In this document: one piece after another, positions 46,781 through 54,848 of the stretch
Layout: every line of letters begins with the position of its first letter
Position numbering within the stretch: position 1 is the first letter of the stretch
NCBI GenBank assembly: GCA_030523245.1
Contig: JAUNIW010000002.1
Coordinates: 5,410-69,409 of the forward strand
Reading direction: 5' to 3'
DNA from: Pseudomonadota bacterium
Lineage (GTDB): Bacteria > Pseudomonadota > Alphaproteobacteria > RF32 > CAG-239
Length of the DNA: 64,000 bases
Program-made: the position numbers and the translations under genes
The notes under the pieces: model-generated
The model's input: only the letters and a program-made list of their open reading frames with translations
What the model was told of the DNA's origin: nothing
Database searches by the model: none

Positions 46781-48904
46781 ATGAAAAATAAAAGTCTTAT
46801 TATTGCAGTTGGTCTGGGTGTATTGTTTCTTATTGCCCTGAAGTTTAATTTACTGCCGACCTTCGGCAGCAAAGACAAAAGCGAAGCACCTTCGTCCTTT
46901 AATGTCAGAGATGTGGCTGACGGTGTGCAGAGAAATTACTTTGATAACGGTACCGTAAAATCCGAAACACCTTACAAAGACAATAAAATCCACGGTATTG
47001 TTACTACCTTTTATACAAATGGCGCCGTTCGTTCCGAAGACTCTTATGTTGCCGGAAAACAAGAAGGCGAGTCCAAAACATATTATCCAAACGGTACTGT
47101 CAGAAAAACGGCTGATTATAAAGATAATGCTCTGAACGGCATGGTCAAAAATTATAATGAAGACGGCTCGCTTGCCAGTGTTGCCGAATTTAAAAATAAT
47201 CAGCAGGTCGGCACCGAAACCCGTTATTATGAAAACGGTAAACCGGCTTATACGGTTACTTATAACGAAAATGGTGTTATTGACGGTAAATTTATCCAAT
47301 ATTACGAAAGCGGCAAAGTTTCTTCCGAAACACCGTATATTAACGGCAAAGCCGAAGGCCTGGAACAGATATATTTTAAATCCGGTGAAATAAAAGAAAT
47401 TAACTCCTATATTAACAATAAATATGACGGCAAACAAAAAGTTTATTATGAAAACGGTTCTCTGAATGCCGAATTTGATTACAAAGACGGTATCGTTACC
47501 GGTGAAGCCAAAACATATTATCAAAACGGAACTGTCAACGAATCCGTCTCTTATGCCGACAACCTGCGCAACGGTTCTTATAAAAGATATTATGAAAACG
47601 GAAAGCCGGCTCTGGAAGCTCAATACAGCGAGGATGAACCAAACGGAGAAATGAAGGCTTATTACAGAAACGGCAATCCGTCCGTTATTTTACCGTATAA
47701 ATACAGCGTCTTGGACGGACAGGCTCAGTCCTTTTATGAAGACGGAACAAAAAAATCTATCACAACATTTAAACACGGAAAACTTGACGGACATGATATC
47801 GCCTTTTATCCTAACGGTAATATCAAATATGACAGAACTTATCAGGACGGTGTTTTGAACGGACAGGCTATTGAATACTATGAAAATAAAGATATTCGAA
47901 AAACCTCGACTTATCGTCAGGGTAAACTTGACGGTACGGTTACCCTTTATGACCACGGCGGTAAAAAATCCGCAGAAGTATTTATGAAAGACAATAAAGT
48001 TGCCGGTAAACTTCTCCTTTATAAAGCCAACGGCAAAAGCATCGATCAGGAATTGGATTATACCAGCGGAAAACTTGAAGGAAACCTTGTCAAACGAGAT
48101 GACTTTGGTAATAAAGTATCCGAATCTCTCTACAAAAACGGAAAATTTGCAGGGACGGGAATCGGTTATTACAACAACGGCACCGTTAAATACAGACTTG
48201 AGGCCGCCAAGCAGGCCGGCAGTTCGGCAGACCAGACTTCTGGCGAATTTACGGGTACGATGACGCTCTATTATGAAAGCGGCAATAAAATGTCTGAAAT
48301 ACCATACATCAACGGTATACAACAAGGTACAATTAAAACATATTTTGATGCCAACGGCGCTTTAAACGAAAATGTCACGATGGCCGGCGGCAAGCGCAAC
48401 GGTATTTATCAGGAATATGACAGAAACGGCCGTCTGATTTCGGAAGCCGTTTATAAAGATGATGAATTAAACGGCATCCAAAAGCTTTATTATGAAAACG
48501 GACAACCTATGGCTCAGATTCCATATTTTAAGGGGATTGTATCCGGTGAAGCAATATCTTTTGACCGGCAGGGACATAAACAGCTGGTTACAAAATTTGA
48601 AAACGGACTACCGAACGGGCTGCAAACTGCCTATTATCCTGACGGTAAAGTAAAATATACAAAAACCTACAAAAACGGTGTATGGAACGGAAAATCATAT
48701 AAAGAATATGATGAAAGCGGACTGCTTCTGTATGAAATTCGTGACAGCGGCTATGAAATCAGTTATTTGAAAAATAACGGTTCCGGTAATATGATAACCA
48801 TGCCTGAGGAAGAAAAGAAGAAATTATCCCAGCGTATCGACACAACTAAAGCTGATACACTTGTTGCCGGTCAGATTAAATCGGTTCATCAGAAAGAACA
48901 ATGA
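46781..48904 (+). CDS. MORN-variant / YwqK-type tandem-repeat protein with an N-terminal membrane anchor (707 aa)
   Basis: After a signal/TM segment there are about 27 consecutive repeats of about 23 aa of the form Y-x-(E/D)-N-G-x(7-9)-Y-x-x-(G/D)-x-x-x-G, e.g. TYYPNGTVRKTADYKDNALNGMVK. Confidence 0.7.
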   Translation: MKNKSLIIAVGLGVLFLIALKFNLLPTFGSKDKSEAPSSFNVRDVADGVQRNYFDNGTVKSETPYKDNKIHGIVTTFYTNGAVRSEDSYVAGKQEGESKTYYPNGTVRKTADYKDNALNGMVKNYNEDGSLASVAEFKNNQQVGTETRYYENGKPAYTVTYNENGVIDGKFIQYYESGKVSSETPYINGKAEGLEQIYFKSGEIKEINSYINNKYDGKQKVYYENGSLNAEFDYKDGIVTGEAKTYYQNGTVNESVSYADNLRNGSYKRYYENGKPALEAQYSEDEPNGEMKAYYRNGNPSVILPYKYSVLDGQAQSFYEDGTKKSITTFKHGKLDGHDIAFYPNGNIKYDRTYQDGVLNGQAIEYYENKDIRKTSTYRQGKLDGTVTLYDHGGKKSAEVFMKDNKVAGKLLLYKANGKSIDQELDYTSGKLEGNLVKRDDFGNKVSESLYKNGKFAGTGIGYYNNGTVKYRLEAAKQAGSSADQTSGEFTGTMTLYYESGNKMSEIPYINGIQQGTIKTYFDANGALNENVTMAGGKRNGIYQEYDRNGRLISEAVYKDDELNGIQKLYYENGQPMAQIPYFKGIVSGEAISFDRQGHKQLVTKFENGLPNGLQTAYYPDGKVKYTKTYKNGVWNGKSYKEYDESGLLLYEIRDSGYEISYLKNNGSGNMITMPEEEKKKLSQRIDTTKADTLVAGQIKSVHQKEQ

Positions 48905-48914
48905 GAAAAATGCC

Positions 48915-49124
48915 ATGACTGATGCCGAATTACATAAACGCTTAATTGCTATCGAAATGGCACTGGACAACCAGCAGAAGGCATTGGATGACCTGAGTGA
49001 TGTTGTCGTTAAACAAGGCAAAATTATTGATACGCTGACAGCTCAAAATGCCCTGCTTAAGAGTATGCTGTCACAGGATATTGTTAAACCGCAGAGCGAA
49101 GAAACACCTCCGCCGCACTATTAA
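48915..49124 (+). CDS. slyX: SlyX family protein (69 aa)
   Basis: A coiled-coil ending in EETPPPHY, the SlyX C-terminal signature. Confidence 0.8.
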   Translation: MTDAELHKRLIAIEMALDNQQKALDDLSDVVVKQGKIIDTLTAQNALLKSMLSQDIVKPQSEETPPPHY

Positions 49125-49138
49125 AAAGGAGAACAGAC

Positions 49139-49933
49139 ATGCGCGTTGTGATTAAACCTACATACGAAGATATGTCCTCATGGGCAGCAGATTATGTTGT
49201 TTACCGGATTAACAAACATAAACCAACCCCTAAAAAACCTTTTGTTTTAGGACTGCCGTCCGGTTCTACGCCTTTGGGAATGTTTGCAGGTTTGGCTCAG
49301 GCTTATAAAGAAGGACGGGTTTCGTTCGAAAACGTCATATTTTTCGGAACCTGCGAATATGTCGGTGTCGGTGCCGGTGATGAACACGGTTTCCAATATT
49401 CTTTATGGGATAAATTTTTAAAATTTGTAAACGTCAAAAAAGAGCATGTTCATTTTTTAAACGGATTAACAACAAACTTTTCTAAAGAATGCGCATCTTA
49501 TGAAAAAGCACTTAAAGACTGCGGCGGCGTTCATTTATTTATCGGCGGTGTGGGAGAAGACGGTCACATCGCCTTAAACGAGCCTTATTCATCACTAGGC
49601 TCCCGCACCCGTGCCAAACTTTTAACCCAGAGTACTTTGCGGGCTAATTCGCGTTTCTTCGGTAATGATATCAGCAAAGTGCCGACTGTCGCCCTGACGA
49701 TTGGCATTGAAACGATGATGGAAGCGGAGGAAGTTTTAATTCTGGCTTCCGGTCCGCAAAAAGCTCAGGCCCTGCATCATGCCATAGAAGGCAGCATTAC
49801 CCATGTTTGGCCCATCAGCATTTTACAGCAACATAAACATGGCATTATTGCCTGTGATGAAGCCGCAACAAAACAACTTTCTCAGGAAACGGTACAATAC
49901 TTCAGGGAAATTGAAAAAAACAGTTTTTCTTAA
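49139..49933 (+). CDS. nagB: Glucosamine-6-phosphate deaminase (264 aa)
   Basis: KPFVLGLPSGSTP, GGVGEDGHIALNEP and ANSRFF match NagB, but the conserved N-M-D-E-Y segment reads G-T-C-E-Y here. Confidence 0.8.
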   Translation: MRVVIKPTYEDMSSWAADYVVYRINKHKPTPKKPFVLGLPSGSTPLGMFAGLAQAYKEGRVSFENVIFFGTCEYVGVGAGDEHGFQYSLWDKFLKFVNVKKEHVHFLNGLTTNFSKECASYEKALKDCGGVHLFIGGVGEDGHIALNEPYSSLGSRTRAKLLTQSTLRANSRFFGNDISKVPTVALTIGIETMMEAEEVLILASGPQKAQALHHAIEGSITHVWPISILQQHKHGIIACDEAATKQLSQETVQYFREIEKNSFS

Positions 49934-49955
49934 TAAAAACCGTTCAGTAATATCT

Positions 49956-49995
49956 GATACCGGCAGTTTTATAACTGCCGGTATCTTTGCGTTTT
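49956..49995. terminator. Bidirectional terminator between nagB and the convergent HAD-like gene
   Basis: GATACCGGCAG-TTTTATAA-CTGCCGGTATC, an 11-bp stem, then TTTGCGTTTT. Confidence 0.65.
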
Positions 49996-50509
49996 AATAT
50001 CCGGAAACAACCGGCACAAAGCGGCAGTATTTCATAATTTGCTGCAAAGCATCTTCCGGATTATCCAAAATAATCTTATGTCCGTTAATTTCGCAGATAT
50101 TTTCTTTATCATCGTACAGACAATAAGGAGTGGCAAATGTCTGTCCGTATATGGTACTGTCATCTATATGTACACAGATATTTTCACGGCGGCAATATTC
50201 GGCTTTGGCTTTGTTCCATAATTCGTCAGCAACACGAAAAGAACCGTCAGCAAAATATGTTATCTGCCCTTTTTTTTCATAATAATCATAAATACACCAT
50301 AGTTTGGTGTAAGGAATCTTATATTGTTTCAGATATGTATTGATTGTTTCGTACGGACCGCCGCTTATGATATAAACATCCATATTTTTATTGAGTGCAG
50401 TCTGGCAGAACAGCCGGAAAAACAACGGCCTTGTATTGATAACACCATGAAAATCTATGCCTATTTTACATTTCATCGCTTTATTGATTGTCGCCAAAAT
50501 TTTTTGCAT
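49994..50509 (-). CDS. HAD-superfamily-like small hydrolase (171 aa), function unknown
   Basis: A motif-I-like KIGIDFHGV (DxH in place of DxD) at the N-terminus. It overlaps the upstream AsmA-like gene end by 29 nt, so it is in the same operon. Confidence 0.4.
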   Translation of the reverse strand: MQKILATINKAMKCKIGIDFHGVINTRPLFFRLFCQTALNKNMDVYIISGGPYETINTYLKQYKIPYTKLWCIYDYYEKKGQITYFADGSFRVADELWNKAKAEYCRRENICVHIDDSTIYGQTFATPYCLYDDKENICEINGHKIILDNPEDALQQIMKYCRFVPVVSGY

Positions 50510-53500
50510 ACCATTCTTTCAAAGAGTTGGGGCTAAACATGGACAAGGAATTTATATCAACTTTTGCATTATCGGCAGAACCGTTGATTTTATAATTAGC
50601 GGCAAAAATGGTTCCGTCCTTACTGGCCAGCAAGTTGCCGACAACCGGAATTTTTCCCAAAAAGCGGTTGATACTGTAAGCCGGCGCAATCACACCATAC
50701 ATTTTGATATCATCCGTGGCACGGTTATATGTTCCGTTGGTGGTAATACCAACGACATTACCTTCAGCTTTAGCTTGTTTCAAAGTCAGAATTTTATATT
50801 GATATTCAAAAGGCGCATTGAAATGAGTAAACGTTAAACCGTCACCTTTCAGCAAATCAAGCATTCCGGTAAAAGAAGCCACACTCAGAAGCTTGGCGAC
50901 AACCGGTGCGTTCTGAATGCTGAAATCACGTACCTGCATATGTCCGATAAACTTTTTGTCTGCTTGGCGGCGCGCTTCGATTTTCATGGTTCCGCCCACC
51001 ATATTTTCATACAGACGCAGTACTTTAAGCGTACTGCCGGCATTGTTGCTGTCTATGGATAAATAGTGTTCCTTATTGCCTTTCGGAATATAATCCAGTT
51101 TCAGTTTGATTGACTTGTCTATACCATAGTTTCCGACCATGTGCAATTCATCCATACCTTTGCCATGACGGATTTTAACACTGCCTGCAAAGTTTTGAAT
51201 CGGCGTTGTATCATTTGTCCACAAACTGTTAACCGTCATAAAAATATCCGTATTATTGGCTTTTTCCAGCCCGTCATCATCATTATTCTGTACCGGTAAT
51301 TTTTTATTCTTACTGCTTTTCTTTTCCTTGCTTTTCTGCTGGTTAAAGAATGGTGATAAATCATAACTCAAACCGGAAATATCAATTTTCAGCTGCGGCA
51401 TATCGGTATCGGTCAGGCTCACTCTGGCACGGGCTGATGTTTTCGGCCCTTTGATTTGGTTGATATCAACCGATTTGACACGGCCGCTCGGATACATACT
51501 CAGATTTCCGGCAATATTAAAACCTGATTTATGCAGATTGATATTTTTTACAGACTGAATCTTGTCTTTGAACAGGGTAATATCGGCACTGGCCGAAGCT
51601 GCATGATTCATTGCTTTGACAAACCCCAGATAGGCAAAGTCTATTGCCGTATTTTTCAAATCAGCCTTCAACTTAATGAAAATCTCATCATTTTCCTGCA
51701 CGGTAATATCCGCATCAACCATGGCATACCCTTCGATATTCGGCGCCTGCAGCACACTCCAGTCCAGTCCCAGTGTTTTTTTTGCAGCATCATCAAGTTT
51801 GAAAGATATATTACACTTACTTTTATAATTTTTCTCGGCAAATTTTTCATTTACGGTCAATTTTACCGGTAAAGAATCGTAATTGGCCTCACCGCTCAAA
51901 TTCCAGCCTTCCGAATTGACCAGCAGTGTCATACTTGAAGCGGATAAAATATGGTTTGGAATAAAGCTGCTGTTAGAAACATCATGTAAATCAGCCTTAA
52001 CATCTACCTTTATATCTTTGCCGTCCAAATCCTGTTTCAGTTCAAAATCTATTTTCAGCTGAACATCAACCGTACCGTTAATGCTCTGCGGATCGACACC
52101 CATGCCGGCAGCAATATTCAACGGCGGATTATTGATTAAATTCAGCGCATCGGTAATACTGGAATTCCCGATTAAATTTATAGAAATAAAATTGTCATAC
52201 TTGTCCAAATCATAAATATTGACATTACCGCCGGTAAGAATAACACCGTCACTGACACCTTTGTCAACATCGATAGAAATGTTTTGCATACTGAATTTGG
52301 CACGACCGTAGACATTATGAACATCAGGCATACCGTCCAGATAGTGTAAATTTCCGTCTTCCAAATCAGCCGTTCCGCTCAAATTCAGCAATCCGAAAGA
52401 TTTTGTTTCATTATCGTAGCCAAAATTAAACACAAAGTCTGCATTTTTTGCTATACCGCCGGTTAAGCCGTCTTTGCACCACTGCCAAGCCGGTTCGGCC
52501 AGATATCTCGGCCAAAACCGCGACAGATACTCCAGCGGAAACTGATTGATTTTCGCCGTAAATTCAGCCGTCACGCCTTCTAAAGAGTGTTCAAGATAAT
52601 AGTTTTCCAGACCTCTGGCCAAAAAGCTAATCTGCGCTGTCTGCCCGCCCATTTTAAAGTCTGCATTTTTGATATTCAATTCATCAAAACCACCGGTCAA
52701 TTCTCCGGCTAAAACCATTTCATCAATTTCATAATTATATTTTTCATTATTGTCAAAAGCAATATAACCGTGTCCTCCGTCCAGCTCAAAATTGATTTTC
52801 CGAACGGCGTCACTCAGATAAGCAGCGGCATTTTCCGGATGTTCCAAAATTTCGGAAACATCAATAACCGTATCAACCTTACCGTTTACCGGAACATTAA
52901 CCTGAAAAGCCGGAGAATTCTCCGCTGTCTGAGAATCCAGACTATTCATCATATCCGCTAAAATCAAATCCGAAAAATAAATCTCCAAATCCAGCTTATC
53001 GCTGGCCGCATGGTACTCACTTTCAAAGCCGACCGATGCAATTTTATCATTGAGATTAACCAAGGCATCGGCATTAACTTCCAGATTTACCAGATTACGG
53101 CTGAATTCAAAATTTAAATCGGAAAGTATCCATTTACGTCCCAGATTTACTTCGTGAAATTCAACTTCCGCACCTTTGATATTGATGTTGTTCACATAAC
53201 TTTCCGGATATACCTTTTCTTCTGAATTATAGTTATTCAGAAATTCCTTGAATTTTTCTACATAGAAAGCCAGTTTTCTTTTATTGACTTCGTTAATATG
53301 CTCTTTTTCCACCCCGTAGTCGGCAAAAATATAAACAGTCGGATTATCAAGGCTGACATCGCTCGGCGCAATAATTCCTTTAAGCAGTGCCCGCAAACTG
53401 AATGAAAGATAGAGTTTGGGCGCACTTATGGCAAAAGTTCCGTCATTTTTTTTCAGATTAACATCTTCGGCCGTCACACGCAGCGGCTGTATAGAACGAA

Positions 53501-53708
53501 CAAATTCCAGATTAACTTTGCCTAAACTGAAATTATAATCACTCTCGTTATAGTTCAATGCCTGAATAATATACGGTTTAAGATACGGAACAGAAATGGG
53601 ACCTTTGTACAGTGTCCACATAAACAACAGCAGCACAATAAACATTCCGACCATGAAAAAATCCATGGTTCTTCTGAAGATGAGTAATTGTGGCGAGTTC
53701 TTCTTCAT
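50481..53708 (-). CDS. AsmA-like / YhdP-TamB-like (DUF3971-type) large envelope protein (1075 aa)
   Basis: An N-terminal TM anchor and a very long beta-rich periplasmic region. It lies directly downstream of prfB in the same orientation. Confidence 0.6.
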   Translation of the reverse strand: MKKNSPQLLIFRRTMDFFMVGMFIVLLLFMWTLYKGPISVPYLKPYIIQALNYNESDYNFSLGKVNLEFVRSIQPLRVTAEDVNLKKNDGTFAISAPKLYLSFSLRALLKGIIAPSDVSLDNPTVYIFADYGVEKEHINEVNKRKLAFYVEKFKEFLNNYNSEEKVYPESYVNNINIKGAEVEFHEVNLGRKWILSDLNFEFSRNLVNLEVNADALVNLNDKIASVGFESEYHAASDKLDLEIYFSDLILADMMNSLDSQTAENSPAFQVNVPVNGKVDTVIDVSEILEHPENAAAYLSDAVRKINFELDGGHGYIAFDNNEKYNYEIDEMVLAGELTGGFDELNIKNADFKMGGQTAQISFLARGLENYYLEHSLEGVTAEFTAKINQFPLEYLSRFWPRYLAEPAWQWCKDGLTGGIAKNADFVFNFGYDNETKSFGLLNLSGTADLEDGNLHYLDGMPDVHNVYGRAKFSMQNISIDVDKGVSDGVILTGGNVNIYDLDKYDNFISINLIGNSSITDALNLINNPPLNIAAGMGVDPQSINGTVDVQLKIDFELKQDLDGKDIKVDVKADLHDVSNSSFIPNHILSASSMTLLVNSEGWNLSGEANYDSLPVKLTVNEKFAEKNYKSKCNISFKLDDAAKKTLGLDWSVLQAPNIEGYAMVDADITVQENDEIFIKLKADLKNTAIDFAYLGFVKAMNHAASASADITLFKDKIQSVKNINLHKSGFNIAGNLSMYPSGRVKSVDINQIKGPKTSARARVSLTDTDMPQLKIDISGLSYDLSPFFNQQKSKEKKSSKNKKLPVQNNDDDGLEKANNTDIFMTVNSLWTNDTTPIQNFAGSVKIRHGKGMDELHMVGNYGIDKSIKLKLDYIPKGNKEHYLSIDSNNAGSTLKVLRLYENMVGGTMKIEARRQADKKFIGHMQVRDFSIQNAPVVAKLLSVASFTGMLDLLKGDGLTFTHFNAPFEYQYKILTLKQAKAEGNVVGITTNGTYNRATDDIKMYGVIAPAYSINRFLGKIPVVGNLLASKDGTIFAANYKINGSADNAKVDINSLSMFSPNSLKEWYAKNFGDNQ

Positions 53709-53731
53709 TCCTTTTCCTAAATTTTCGGCTT

Positions 53732-54848
53732 TTATGCCGACTGTGTTTCCCCTTGGATTTTTTGCGCCAGAGCGGCAGACAAAAACAAATCAATATCCCC
53801 GTCCAAAACACCTTTAACATCAGCAGTTTCAGCCTCGGTGCGCAAATCCTTAATCAGACGATACGGCTGCAAAACATAGGAGCGAATCTGATATCCCCAG
53901 CCATTATCTCCCTGATTATCACGCACTTCCTGAGCCTTATCGGCACGCTTTTGCATTTCTCTTTCATATAAGCGCGCCCTCAGCATTTTCCAACAGTTAT
54001 CACGGTTTTGGAACTGTGAGCGCTGCGTTTGGCTGGAAACGACAATTCCCGTCGGAATATGGGTAATGCGGACCGCAGAATCCGTTTTGTTAATATGCTG
54101 GCCGCCGGCGCCGGATGCCCGATAAGTATCTATCCGACAATCCGCTTCATTGATTTCTATGTTAATATTATCGTCAACCACCGGATAAACCCCGATAGAG
54201 GCAAAACTGGTATGGCGGCGGGCTGCGCTGTCAAACGGTGAAATACGTACCAGCCGGTGTACCCCGCTTTCAGATTTCAACCAGCCGTATGCGTTATGTC
54301 CGCTGATTTTAATGGTAGCCGATTTTATTCCGGCCACTTCGCCTTCGGTTTCTTCAATATATTCAACTTTATAATGATGTGTTTCAGCCCAGCGCGTGTA
54401 CATACGCAACAGCATCTGAGCCCAATCCATGGCTTCGGTACCACCGCTGCCGGCATGGACTTCCAAATACGTATCGTTGCCATCAGCTTCTCCTGACAAC
54501 AAAGCTTCCAACTCCGCACGTTTAACTGATGTCTGCAAGTTTTCCAGATTTTGTTGCAATTCGGTCAGCATCGCCTCATCATTTTCACTTTCGGCAAAGT
54601 CCACCATTTCCGCATAGTCATCAAGTGTCTGGACATAGCCTTCATACGCATCCAGTGCGGCCTCAAGCGTATTTTTTTCACTCATCAGTTTCTGAGCTTT
54701 TTCCTGATTATCCCAAAGATTGGGATTGGCAGACAAAGCCTCCAGTTCCTCCCGACGCTGTACAGCATTGTCATAGTCAAAGAGACCTCCTCAGCAACTG
54801 CAAAGATTGCTTAATTTCGTTAATGATGTTGTAAAATTCGGCACGCAT
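53732..54848 (-). CDS. prfB: Peptide chain release factor 2, requiring a programmed +1 ribosomal frameshift (371 aa)
   Basis: ATG at 54848, 23 codons (MRAEFYNIINEIKQSLQLLRRSL), then AGGAGG-TCT-CTT-TGA-C. The in-frame UGA at 54779-54777 sits in the classic CUU UGA C context with an internal SD. The +1 frame continues DYDNAVQ... into the 334-aa ORF 53732..54736, which has the GGQ motif SGAGGQHINKT and SPF (tripeptide anticodon). Confidence 0.9.

Noticed and set aside
46850-48325. Two long antisense ORFs (257 aa and 211 aa) inside the MORN-repeat gene
   Set aside because: They are artefacts of the repetitive, codon-biased repeat DNA. The sense frame carries the coherent YxENG repeat protein and its start and stop signals.
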